Virus record (IMG/VR): IMGVR_UViG_3300013093_000001
Coordinates: 32,001-96,000 of that record
Length of the DNA: 64,000 bases
Strand: one strand, 5' to 3'
DNA from: a virus
The notes under the pieces are model-generated. The model was not told the DNA's origin. It was given only the letters and a program-made list of their open reading frames with translations, and searched no databases. Of this stretch, positions 39,970 through 49,208 are shown in pieces; positions within the stretch are counted from its first letter, which is position 1; every line of letters starts with the position of its first letter. The position numbers and the translations under genes were made by a program.

Positions 39970-40281
39970 TCAGTTGCGCCACCACGTTTCCCAGTCGTAC
40001 ATCTCACTGTCGCTCAGGAACCCGTCGCCATCCGGGTCGGTACCAAACCGGGCGAACTCAATGCGCTTCGCCGCTAGGGCGAACTGCAAGTTCTTCGACT
40101 CTCCAGCCGGGACCAAAAACGTCACATCCCACACGGAGAAATCTGTACCGGAACCGGTGTCGTAGCCGTGGTGATCGGCAATGATCTGCTTCAGGAACAC
40201 CCATTGGGGGTTTTCCCGTCCAGCGTCATCGCGCTCCGGGTAGGGCAGGTAAGCCTTGTACCGGTGCATTACTGTTGCCAT
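39970..40281 (-). CDS. Small hypothetical protein
   Basis: Between elements; SD. Confidence 0.55.
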   Translation of the reverse strand: MATVMHRYKAYLPYPERDDAGRENPQWVFLKQIIADHHGYDTGSGTDFSVWDVTFLVPAGESKNLQFALAAKRIEFARFGTDPDGDGFLSDSEMYDWETWWRN

Positions 40282-40359
40282 GTTTTCCTCCTCCAACGTG
40301 GTCCGGCCTTGTGCCGGACCTGCGTGCCCTGGCGGGTTCTGACACCCACCAGGGCTTTT

Positions 40360-40665
40360 CTAGCTGGTTGCCGCCTCAAACTCAGCGTTTAACTCAGCAA
40401 CCTTCTGCTTGACCGTCCCATCCAGCCACGCTTGCGCCAGTTCATCAATTTTCGGTACCCGGTAGGGCCAAATCTCCCTGAACTCGCTCGCCAGCTTGAA
40501 TTGCGCTGTCAAACACTCAGCCGTCATCTCCAACTTGCCGTCAAGTTCTTCTACTATAAACTTGACGAGCTGGGTTTCATTCTGACGGACGGCATCCAAT
40601 TTCCGCCAAGTGTTGAAGACGCGCTCTCGCGCTTTTTCTAATTTGGTCGGTGGACCACCAATCAT
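40360..40665 (-). CDS. Small hypothetical protein
   Basis: Between elements; SD. Confidence 0.55.
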   Translation of the reverse strand: MIGGPPTKLEKARERVFNTWRKLDAVRQNETQLVKFIVEELDGKLEMTAECLTAQFKLASEFREIWPYRVPKIDELAQAWLDGTVKQKVAELNAEFEAATS

Positions 40666-40736
40666 TTTTCCTCCTCCTTATCTAGCCACTAGTGGCTTCG
40701 TACCGGTGCAGGGTTCGACCCCCACACCGGTTCCTT

Positions 40737-41006
40737 TTACTGCGAGAACTGCGCGTGGAGCTCTCGGGCGTACTCGGGTATAGCTGCTTTCCACCATGTC
40801 TCATACCCAAGGTGTTGGGCAATTTGCTGCGCCAAGTGCAGCGCATCTTCCGGCGACAAGAACATGACCGCGTTGCTTCGGTCTGTTTTCGTTCCGGCCA
40901 GGTCAATGACGACCTTCGTCCCGTCTTCCGTGCGGTGTACGTCTCGCCGTAGCGCGACGTAGTGCATGTAGACGGTGAAGGCGCTGCTTTCGTGGTCTTG
41001 TTCCAT
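40737..41006 (-). CDS. Small hypothetical protein
   Basis: Between elements; SD. Confidence 0.55.
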   Translation of the reverse strand: MEQDHESSAFTVYMHYVALRRDVHRTEDGTKVVIDLAGTKTDRSNAVMFLSPEDALHLAQQIAQHLGYETWWKAAIPEYARELHAQFSQ

Positions 41007-41083
41007 TTTTCCTCCTCCAACATGGGTTCGGCTTCTTGCCGGACCTCGCGTCCCGGTCAGGTTCGACGCTGACCGGGACTCCC

Positions 41084-41329
41084 TCACACGACCGTGAAAT
41101 TCCCGGTCTTGGCTTTCACCTTCACGTTCGCGTACCAGCGCCGATCCCGGTAGGGGTCGGGGCCAACCACCACGTCGCTCGGTGTCAGCTCTGCAGCTTT
41201 CACAGTCCCACGGTTGCTGAACGCTGAGGTGTCGGTGAATGCCACCGGCTGCTCAGCCTCAACAGCGTCCTTCAACGCTTTCTTGGACGGGAAGTTACGT
41301 CCTCCTAGCGTGGCGTGGAAGTTGCTCAT
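41084..41329 (-). CDS. Small hypothetical protein
   Basis: FPSKKALKDAV..VVGPDPY.DRRWYANV conserved phage motif. Confidence 0.65.
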   Translation of the reverse strand: MSNFHATLGGRNFPSKKALKDAVEAEQPVAFTDTSAFSNRGTVKAAELTPSDVVVGPDPYRDRRWYANVKVKAKTGNFTVV

Positions 41330-41414
41330 TATTTTTCCTCCTCCAACATGGGTCCGGCCTTGTGCCGGACCCTGCGTGCCCCCGCCAGGTTCGACCCTGA
41401 CGGGGGCTTCTGTC

Positions 41415-41759
41415 CTACTGGACGTATCCGTTGTCAACACACTCCTGGCAGGTAAAAAACCCTGTCTTTAGGTTGTAGAACCCATCCCAGCCGGTGTCCT
41501 TCGCATTACAGGACCAGCAATCCGGGGCTGGCATGATTTCGGGCGCTTCGTCCTTGAATGCGTCCCACTCTTTGGGCGTCACCCCGCTGATGAGAAATTC
41601 TCTCTCATCAACACTCAGGTGTGGGAACGCGTCTTGCACGCACTCTCCCACGCCGCGCTCTCGCGCTTCCAGCCACGCTTCCATCGCGTGGGGTGCAACA
41701 TCAATGTCCATCTGGTTCACGTAACCAGTGATGATCGATGTCTTCTGGACTGTGACCAT
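41415..41759 (-). CDS. Hypothetical protein
   Basis: QDAFPHLS.DEREFLISGVTP.EW conserved phage motif. Confidence 0.65.
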   Translation of the reverse strand: MVTVQKTSIITGYVNQMDIDVAPHAMEAWLEARERGVGECVQDAFPHLSVDEREFLISGVTPKEWDAFKDEAPEIMPAPDCWSCNAKDTGWDGFYNLKTGFFTCQECVDNGYVQ

Positions 41760-41839
41760 TCTTTCCTCCTCCAACTTGGCTCGACCTCATGTCAAGCCTC
41801 GTACCCGGTGGTGGTTCGACCCACCACCGGGCCTTGTGG

Positions 41840-42058
41840 CTAGTGCACCAATTCGTTCGGCATCCAGCCTGGTTGACGGTCTGAGTAGTGTGACTCATCG
41901 TCAACCGCAGTAATCGTCGCTAACTGCATTCCGTCACCTTCGCTTAGCTTGCATATCGAAGCATTCGCGATTCCCTGCTCTTGCATCGCCAGCAAGGTCT
42001 TCAGGTTCCGTGTGGTCAGTTCAACGCGAAGTTCGTTTCCAACTGCGAACACCTTCAT
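41840..42058 (-). CDS. Small hypothetical protein
   Basis: ELTTRNL.TLL..D..HYSDR.PG motif. Confidence 0.6.
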   Translation of the reverse strand: MKVFAVGNELRVELTTRNLKTLLAMQEQGIANASICKLSEGDGMQLATITAVDDESHYSDRQPGWMPNELVH

Positions 42059-42140
42059 TTTTTCCTCCTCCAACTTGGCTTGGCCTCGTGCCAGCCTCGT
42101 ACCCCTGCCAGGTTCGACCCTGACAGGGGCTCCTTCCGCG

Positions 42141-42587
42141 TCAGCGGTAAAAACCATCACAATCGGTGTCATCTAACCCTAATACGTGGACGAATAGCTT
42201 CTCCCCACACATCAGGCATATCTGCTGGCTGTACTCTTCCAACAACTGATTTTCGACTGCCGAAGCCAGCTCTTCCCCAGACAGACCTTGTTCAGTAAAA
42301 CTGCTGAACAACTCGACACAGCGGGGTGCTACCCTCACTGCGTCAATGTGGAAGTCTGCTATCCAGTCCCAGTTCAGTTGTTTATCGTCACCGTGTGCTT
42401 TACTACTCGTTGACCCGGTGTGATACACATAATCCGACCAGCGGATGTATGTACCGGCCATCGGTGTACCAGAGAGTCTGTAGTGACGATCAACGTATGC
42501 CGGTTCGTGTGGCGGTTCTAATACCGTCTCAACGGTAATCAAAACCGACTCAACCGACAGGGCAGTTTGCAGCAACCGTGCGTCCAC
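42141..42587 (-). CDS. Hypothetical protein
   Basis: Between elements; GTG after SD. Confidence 0.5.
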   Translation of the reverse strand: MDARLLQTALSVESVLITVETVLEPPHEPAYVDRHYRLSGTPMAGTYIRWSDYVYHTGSTSSKAHGDDKQLNWDWIADFHIDAVRVAPRCVELFSSFTEQGLSGEELASAVENQLLEEYSQQICLMCGEKLFVHVLGLDDTDCDGFYR

Positions 42588-42912
42588 TGCTGTTTCCTCC
42601 TCCAACTTGGCTCGACCTCATGTCAAGCCTCGTACCCGGTACAGTTTCGAGGCTGTACCGGGCCTGTGCGCTACGCCAACCCGGCGCGGCGCAGTGCGTC
42701 CCGCATCGCGGGGTTGCGGTAGTGCGTACCCCGCACCGGGGCGGGACCGCTCGCCTTCGCAGGCATGGCGGCCGGAGTGGCCTCTGCGGCCACAACCGCG
42801 ACCAGCTTCCGGTTCACGTTGTATGCGTTCACTTTTTTCCTCCTCCAACATGGGCCTGACCTTTTGCCAAGCCTCGTACCCCGGCAGGTTCTGACACCCA
42901 CCGGGGCCTTCG

Positions 42913-43185
42913 TCACACGGCGACGATCTTCAATTCGCCTCGCGTGACCAATCGGTACATCGGGCGACACCCATCATCGGTCCGACACAGGGTATCAATG
43001 GCGCAACGAATGTCATCGACAAGCGTCTCAACTGGGTCATCACCCCTGCGCCAGTTCGGGTAGCGGAACACGTTCTTCATGTCCGCTTCGAACGCAGCAA
43101 TGTAACCAGTGCGTCCAAGAATCTCGTCGGCGTTCCGGGCAAGTGCAACCCAGGCCGCTTCGTCGTAAATCTCCGACATCCTCAT
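42913..43185 (-). CDS. Small hypothetical protein
   Basis: First protein-coding unit of the leftward array. Confidence 0.5.
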   Translation of the reverse strand: MRMSEIYDEAAWVALARNADEILGRTGYIAAFEADMKNVFRYPNWRRGDDPVETLVDDIRCAIDTLCRTDDGCRPMYRLVTRGELKIVAV

Positions 43186-43349
43186 GTGACAGCTCCAATC
43201 TGTCTCTAACTCGGTGGCCTCAACTGAGGTCACCGCCTCCGCTTCGTCAGCGGCAGGATGGTTGGTTGTGCAGCGCGGGGTAAATCTCCCAGCCGCGCTG
43301 CACAACCTCGTGGCCGGTGCGGTTTTGACACCGCACCGGCCTCCAGTAC

Positions 43350-43694
43350 ACCCAACATCGCTGTTGGGGCGGGGGTGGGCGGGGGCTCCCCACCCACCCC
43401 CTGTTTGGAGGTTAGAGGAAATCACTATGTATCAAACCTGTCGGTGCTACATGCGACCGGCTCTTGCCAGTCGGGTTTGCGCCCTAGCTCGTCGTGTCCA
43501 CTAGCAAGGCCTCTAACCGCGCACCTGCTGCTTCACTTTTGCCGACATCGCCCAAGTGCGCGACGGCGGCCACAACGAACAACGCAAAGAAGCCGGTCAA
43601 GGTAGCACCTACAGGGATGTACCCCTGTAGGTTGCGGACCCCTTAGATAAGGGTGTCCCTAAAACCCCGACCGGCAACTTTGCGCCTAAAACAA
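43350..43694 (-). ncRNA. Putative large structured ncRNA (~345 nt), copy 2
   Basis: Paralog of 38331-38650, located at the head of the leftward array. Confidence 0.7.
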
Positions 43695-44200
43695 ACGTAC
43701 CAACGGGCAGGAGCGACCACAACCCCCAATCTTTTCTGGTCACTCATTCTTTGGCGCGGGGTCGGCGCTGGCAGCGGCTGGTTGAGCGGCAATTCTTTCC
43801 GCTACCCAGGATGCTGGTTTCTTTCTCCACCAAGATTGAGTGACCGGAGCCGGTACCGGCTTCGGAGTGGCTGAGCGGAGCGACACTCGGAGCAAAAATC
43901 GGAGTGACATTCGGAGTAACTCTGATTGCGTGAGTTGATAGCGGCTCTGCACTAGGACTGCGCCCTAGCTTACTCGGCCCTGGCAGCCTCCGCGCTGTCC
44001 TCCGCGCTGTCCTCCAGCAGCCGCTCCCCAGCCACTCTGGGCAGTTGTGGCAGAAAAGATTGGGTGGCGTGAAGAGTAAACCCGTTGCACAGAACTATTG
44101 CCTGGTGTCAAGCTAGGTATTACGCTTGCCTTATGGCAAGCGTTACACGACACACCACCACGGTGGACAACGCAGCGCCAGGGACGGAGGTGACAACAAA

Positions 44201-44602
44201 ATGAGCAAACGCCAAAACGGCAAGGCACTGCCAATGAGCAGTGTCGCAGGCAAGGGTCACAAGCGAGCACCCCGCCTGTCGGCGAGGGTACCGGAGCACC
44301 TGCTAGCACCTAGCGAGAGGTCCACCGGCTCGCTGCGGTTGGACGACCCGGCACCACGCGAGATTAAGATCGTCGCGCCGCCGCAACCCGCCGTGGTTCC
44401 AAGCAAGGACCACAGCGCCGACGAGCGGCTGGCAGAGGGACGGGTCGGCAAGGACCGCCCCCTGCTTGAGTCGCTGGGTGTGGTAGACGGAGCGTTGTGG
44501 GTAGACGCCCAGTTTACCGCATTGCCCCGGTTCAGCTGGTCGTACCGCAAGGATGGTACAGCTGAGTACAAGCGCCGCGACCCGGAGCTTGGGTGGTACT
44601 GA
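44201..44602 (+). CDS. Hypothetical protein
   Basis: SD GGAGGTG; promoter-like TTGCCT-N17-TACGCT upstream; hairpin downstream. Confidence 0.55.
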   Translation: MSKRQNGKALPMSSVAGKGHKRAPRLSARVPEHLLAPSERSTGSLRLDDPAPREIKIVAPPQPAVVPSKDHSADERLAEGRVGKDRPLLESLGVVDGALWVDAQFTALPRFSWSYRKDGTAEYKRRDPELGWY

Positions 44603-44603
44603 C

Positions 44604-44636
44604 GGTGGGGCGCAGGCCAACAACCTGCGCCCCACC
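44604..44636 (+). terminator. Stem-loop after stop codon
   Basis: GGTGGGGCGCAGG / CCTGCGCCCCACC perfect 13-bp stem; no U-tract. Confidence 0.45.
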
Positions 44637-44674
44637 CCCAACAAGCACACACACAGCACACAAAGGAGAGCAAC

Positions 44675-44833
44675 ATGGCAACAGATGTTGACATAGACGA
44701 ATTGGAATACCGGCTACGCAAGATAGCAGAAGCTGGCCTGAGTTGGAGCAGGTTTGTTCAGGTAGCGCAGGGAAACGGCGACCTCACATACAAGCAAGCA
44801 CAGGAACTGCGCCAACGGATGCAGCACCGCTAA
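44675..44833 (+). CDS. 52-aa hypothetical protein
   Basis: SD AAAGGAGA, ORF MATDVDIDELEYRL... Confidence 0.5.
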   Translation: MATDVDIDELEYRLRKIAEAGLSWSRFVQVAQGNGDLTYKQAQELRQRMQHR

Positions 44834-45240
44834 AAGCGGAAACACGCGGCGAACCAACCACGGAATGCCGGGCAGTCGGGTGGCTGCTCTGCACCAGTAC
44901 AAATCTCCACACCAGATTCCCAACGTGCCGCCCAACAGGATTCTGGCCTCGGCCCACCTCGGCACGGACACCACCCTTAATCTCCCTCCGCGTGAAAGGA
45001 CCGCAGTTGCACCAGGCATCTGAGGCGCGGCCCTCTGCCCCCGCCCTGCCCCTGCCCGACCTCCACCTCCGCACCTGCCCGCCTCTGAACTGGGAACAAC
45101 TCAACCTCGGCCCACCTCGGCCCACCTCGGCCCCAGCCGCCCGAAACTCAGCTCGGCTCAGGGCCAATCTCCTTCGCTTCGCAGCAAATCTCCCTCGCTT
45201 CAAAATCAGCTCAACGCCGGCTCCCGTGCCGCCGGCGCAA

Positions 45241-45395
45241 GTTACTGGTCGGTAACTTACTGGCCGGTAACATGGTCATGTCGGTAAACCTGGTCAAGTT
45301 ACCCAACATTACCGACATGACCAACATGACCAACATGGGTAAGTTACCCAACATGACCAGCTTACACCCGTGTAACTTAGCGTAGCCTTACCTAA
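45241..45395. repeat. Cluster of short direct and inverted repeats (TTAC/GTAA, ACATGACC)
   Basis: e.g. ACATGACCA three times, AAGTTACCCAACAT twice, TTACTGGYCGGTAA twice. Confidence 0.7.
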
Positions 45396-45488
45396 CAACC
45401 CATAACGTCGTCCCTTACACCATTGCCTGGCCGACTGTCAATAGCTGGACAGTGTGACGTACAACACAAAATTGGTCGGCCTAAACCC

Positions 45489-45517
45489 TTGCGACGTGTG
45501 TCCAACTAAGGTAATTT
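45489..45517 (+). promoter_or_regulatory. Promoter TTGCGA-N17-TAATTT
   Basis: Same family as the other promoters; upstream of the 45560 ORF. Confidence 0.55.
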
Positions 45518-45559
45518 GGTACTTGTCAGGCAATACCAACCAAGTAGTAAGGACACAAA

Positions 45560-45922
45560 ATGGACACCAACACCAACACCGCCGCCGCCGCCGCCGCCGC
45601 CATTGGCAGCGTCGTCGCAACCCACGGTAACGTCGTCGTCGCCGCGCCGCGCCGGACCGCATGGGTCGTCGTCGGCAAGGGGTATGACGGTCCGACCGGA
45701 CCGTCCACCGGACCTGCCGACGGGTGGCAGACCGTCGGCGACACACACGTCCTGACCTACACCATGCGTCAGGTCAAGGCCGGTACGTGGGTCGCTACCA
45801 ACAAGGTCACGGGTCGCAGCGCAAAGGGTCTGACCCGCAGCGCCGCGTACGCTTGGTGTGTCCGCGACAACAAGGCGCGTCACGCGGCGGCGGTCGCCGC
45901 CGCTAACGCCGCAACGGCGTAG
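45560..45922 (+). CDS. Hypothetical protein
   Basis: SD TAAGGA, GC3 bias, followed by a 16-bp hairpin at ~45931-45965. Confidence 0.6.
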   Translation: MDTNTNTAAAAAAAIGSVVATHGNVVVAAPRRTAWVVVGKGYDGPTGPSTGPADGWQTVGDTHVLTYTMRQVKAGTWVATNKVTGRSAKGLTRSAAYAWCVRDNKARHAAAVAAANAATA

Positions 45923-46411
45923 CGGCCACACCGTACCCCACCCGCGACACGCGGGTGGGGTACGGTTGCGCGTGGGCGGCTGGTCCCCCCGACAAGGTTA
46001 CCCGCCAGTAACTTACGCCGGCGTAAGTTACATCCGCCCCCCTCCGCCCAAAGTCTGGGGGGCCGAGGGGGGGCGGGACGGAGGTGGTTCTAACTACCCC
46101 CGCAATCTTTGAAGACCGTTTGGGCGGCACGTATCAGTTCTTTCCCATGTAATCAATTTTCAGATGTACCCTTGTTCTGTGTCCCAGAAGGGTGCTGATG
46201 CGACATGAGGTTGTTCCTGCGGGTTTGCGGTTTCACCGTCGTGGAGTTAGCTTTGGAGTCGTCTGAGTCGGTCCGTGACGAAGGGCCGCAGTTCGCTGGT
46301 GGCGGTCAGTCGGGTTGTTTGGAGCGAGATTTGTCGCCGTTGAGTCCTGATGATCGGTATGACTGGGAAGTTGAAGATCGACAGTCTTTCGGGTTTCACT
46401 AGGAGATTATT

Positions 46412-46675
46412 GTGGATGCGTTACATGCGGCTGCGAATGTGGTGGGCTTCGCTGGCATGGTGTGTGTGATTCTTGCTTACGCGTACATCACTGCTGTTGA
46501 CCGTCCTAATCCTTTTATCCAGCATGGGACTAATCTGCTTGGTGCAGTGTTGTTGGGCTTTTCGCTGCTCGTTAATACCAATCCTGCGAGCTTGGTTTTG
46601 GAGATGTTTTGGTTGGCGATCTCATCGTGGGGTCTTGTCAAGGCCGTTGTGGATAGGAAAAAGCGTGATGCCTAA
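46412..46675 (+). CDS. CBU_0592-like small membrane protein
   Basis: G..G...V..AY...N..GA.LL..SL....N......FW..IS..G; three TM segments. Confidence 0.65.
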   Translation: MDALHAAANVVGFAGMVCVILAYAYITAVDRPNPFIQHGTNLLGAVLLGFSLLVNTNPASLVLEMFWLAISSWGLVKAVVDRKKRDA

Positions 46676-47144
46676 CCCTTTGACTGATGAGTTGTCGGAT
46701 GCCGTGAAGGCTGATTTGGCGGCTGAGTTTGAGCGGTTGCGGCGGGTGATTGATTCCCGTCAGGGTGCGTTGCCGTGGCGTGAGCAGGCGCGGTTGTATA
46801 ACGAGTTCACGTTGCGTCGTTTCACGTGAAACGATTGTTCGGTTAAAGGGCAGATTTCGTCGCGTGTGGAACAGCCGCTTTTTCCGAACATGTTCCGACA
46901 CGTCTGGCAGATGGCGGGTTGTCACCGGGAACGGCTATGCTAGACCGGTGAAGGAATGGCCGATTGGTGAAAACCCCAGCGGTGTCACCCAAGGTCCGAT
47001 CACAGCTGGTGACAGCTATGATGATGGCGGGAAGACGTTGCAACCTAATAATGATTTACCGTTAATGAATGACACCCCTTACGCTAAGGTTTGGCATCCT
47101 GTTGCTGGTACGCCAACTCTGGGTACTGACACCGGGTTTACACT

Positions 47145-47426
47145 GTGATGGCGTGTCGTTGTAAAACACCGATCTGGGCTCAGCAAATCCTTGCTGGTCT
47201 GAAGAAAATAGAGAAAGGAATCGAGGACATTATGGCTCTTGTTCAGGTTGACCAGGCGGCGTTGGACACGCTTGCCGCATCACTGGAGGCTGTCAAGTCG
47301 TCTTTGGCTACGGAGATTGCTGCGTTGGGTCAGGCGCTCCCCGCCGCTGACCTCACTGGGATCAACAAGGCGCTGACGGACTTGGAGGCCTTGGAGGCCC
47401 CCGCGCCGCCTGCCCCCGCCCCGTAA
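47145..47426 (+). CDS. Coiled-coil hypothetical protein (internal start at 47232 possible)
   Basis: Helical ORF with a second SD GAGG before MALVQV. Confidence 0.5.
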   Translation: MMACRCKTPIWAQQILAGLKKIEKGIEDIMALVQVDQAALDTLAASLEAVKSSLATEIAALGQALPAADLTGINKALTDLEALEAPAPPAPAP

Positions 47427-47596
47427 GGTGCAGAGGTTGCTGGTCAAGGCACTCATCATCCTTGGTGTTGAGTTGATTGCGCTTGCCGTGGTGGTGACGG
47501 GGTGTAACGGTGGCTTAGCCGCCCTCCGTCACCACCAGCAAATGCACCTAGATTGCTGTAACCTGGGCGAAGGCTCCGAAATTACGGGCCTAGACA

Positions 47597-48472
47597 ATGG
47601 GCCAGCAAACCATTGAGGTCGGTCAGCTAGCGCCTGGTGACCAATGGGATCAAACCCTGCTAGCTGACCTCCTCAGTAACAAGTTGTATCCTACCGGCCT
47701 GTCATTCCGTCGTTGCATGGGTTATCCGAACGCAGATGGCTGTGTCCTATTGATCCCTGGCCGGTATTGGTGGGATCACACGGAAGAGATTTCAGACGCT
47801 TTAAGTCGTTACCGTTGGGTGCTGTGCTTGCTGACTGGTGACGAAGAAGCGCTGTTTGATATCAGTCGTGTGGTGCATCCAAACATTAAGTGGTGGGTCC
47901 AGTCGCCGCGCCCAGACCGTGACTACCGAGATGCCAGGTTGGTGGGGTTGGGGTACACGCCTCACTGCCGGACGCAGGCGGTGGGTTACCCGTCCAAGGA
48001 ATTAGATATATTCCTCGCTGCACAGAATACGCATGAGCGGCGTGCACTCGCGTTTGCGGCGTTACGCGGTTCACCGTTCTTCAACATGCTGCTGCTGCCT
48101 ACGGAGGGTTTTACCTGTGGGATGAAGCCAGACGCTTATGCTACGGCGATGCGGAACACACGGGTTGCGCCTGCGCCTGCCGGTCCCGCCACCCCCGACA
48201 CCTTCAGGGTGTATGAGGCTTTGCAGGCACACGCCATACCGATTGCTGATGATGTGACACCGGGGTACCCTAGTCGCGGTTTTTGGCGCAACCTTTACCC
48301 TGATGCGCCATTCCCGATTTTGACTGACTACACCCATCTGTCCGGTCAGGTCCACCAACTTTTGGAGTCGTACCCGTCGTCGGCTAATGAAGTTGCGGCG
48401 TGGTGGATGCGGCAGAAGCGAGAATATGCGCGGTGGCTGCGTAGCGACTTGACGGCGTTGGGTGCCCTATGA
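47597..48472 (+). CDS. Glycosyltransferase (exostosin/GT47-like)
   Basis: APAPAG..TPDTFRVYEALQAHAIPI. Confidence 0.75.
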   Translation: MGQQTIEVGQLAPGDQWDQTLLADLLSNKLYPTGLSFRRCMGYPNADGCVLLIPGRYWWDHTEEISDALSRYRWVLCLLTGDEEALFDISRVVHPNIKWWVQSPRPDRDYRDARLVGLGYTPHCRTQAVGYPSKELDIFLAAQNTHERRALAFAALRGSPFFNMLLLPTEGFTCGMKPDAYATAMRNTRVAPAPAGPATPDTFRVYEALQAHAIPIADDVTPGYPSRGFWRNLYPDAPFPILTDYTHLSGQVHQLLESYPSSANEVAAWWMRQKREYARWLRSDLTALGAL

Positions 48473-49206
48473 GGCAGCAGATTACGGTGGTCACGCCTGT
48501 GTCACCCATCCCCAGCCACCCCGGTATGGAGATTATAGAGGAGACAGTTGCGTCGGTCAGACACCATTTACCGGACGCGGAAATCGTTTTGACCTTTGAC
48601 GGTGTCCGAAAGGATGATGAGGACAGGCGGCCAGACTACGAGGAGTTTGTGCGGCGTACCTTGTGGCGAGCCGACCACCAATGGGGTCGCGTTGTTCCCT
48701 GGCTATTCCCCCACCACACCCACCAAGCTGGCATGATGCGGCATGTGCTTGACAGCCTCGACACGCCGCTTCTTATGTATGTGGAGCAGGACACACCGCT
48801 GTGTGTGGACAAGGACATCAGTGTCTTTGAGACAACTAACTTCATCCTATCCGGCGCATCCGACGTGGTCAGACTGCACCACGAAAAACGGGTACCAGAT
48901 GAACACCGCAGAATGATTCATGGTTTTGACGGCGCTGACTACCTTCGGACCTCCCAGTGGTCGCAGCGCCCACACATTGCGTCCGTTGACTACTACCGGC
49001 GCATCATGCAAGACCACTTCTCAGCCAACGCCTGCTGCTTTATTGAGGACGTTATGCACAGCGTCGTCCAGGAGGCCAGGAAAAGTGAGGCGGTGTGGGA
49101 AAACCACCGGGTGCACATCTACCACCCAGATGGTGACATCCAGCGCAGCTACCACACAGACGGACGCGCAGGCGCTGAGAAGTATGAAGACAAGCAAACC
49201 TTTTAG
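48469..49206 (+). CDS. Glycosyltransferase (GT-A/GT2-like)
   Basis: ITVVTPVSPIPSHP, TFDG, YVEQD and SYHTDGR. Confidence 0.75.
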   Translation: MRQQITVVTPVSPIPSHPGMEIIEETVASVRHHLPDAEIVLTFDGVRKDDEDRRPDYEEFVRRTLWRADHQWGRVVPWLFPHHTHQAGMMRHVLDSLDTPLLMYVEQDTPLCVDKDISVFETTNFILSGASDVVRLHHEKRVPDEHRRMIHGFDGADYLRTSQWSQRPHIASVDYYRRIMQDHFSANACCFIEDVMHSVVQEARKSEAVWENHRVHIYHPDGDIQRSYHTDGRAGAEKYEDKQTF

Positions 49207-49208
49207 CC

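Larger units (their letters stand above)
22669..43341 (-). repeat. Array of ~43 dispersed double-hairpin intergenic elements (~65-75 nt)
   Basis: Minus-strand consensus: ~12-bp stem with GTCRNR loop, (A/G)CGA linker, ~7-bp stem ending GGC with purine-rich loop, then mostly TTGGAGGAGG and a start codon. Copies start near 22669, 23143, 23798, 24621, 25262, 25804, 27531, 28007, 28440, 29024, 29556, 30032, 30351, 30671, 31848, 32287, 32886, 33468, 34210, 34698, 35021, 35451, 35775, 36311, 36634, 36908, 37218, 37704, 38254, 38750, 39019, 39282, 39549, 39897, 40286, 40670, 41010, 41336, 41764, 42063, 42595, 42838, 43264. Confidence 0.92.

Noticed and set aside
22669-43341. tRNA genes suggested by plus-strand GGTTCGACCC T-loop look-alikes
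   Set aside because: No D-arm, anticodon arm, acceptor stem or CCA; the loops vary (TTTGACA, TATGACA) and wobble pairs favour the minus strand.
22669-43341. CRISPR array interpretation of the repeated elements
   Set aside because: The repeats are not identical and the intervals are 150-900 bp genes with RBSs, not 30-40 nt spacers.
22669-43341. Classical integron or simple intrinsic terminators
   Set aside because: No RYYYAAC/GTTRRRY ends, no integrase in the window and generally no U-tracts; recombination is kept only as an alternative hypothesis.
24613-43425. N-terminal extensions of many ORF-track calls (MEEE..., ...GTRLAR...)
   Set aside because: They translate the repeat element and its GGAGGAGG SD; true starts lie just downstream of the SD.
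44714-45255. Overlapping Pro/Arg-rich ORFs in the C-rich zone
   Set aside because: Low-complexity repeat DNA with no RBS or protein-like composition.
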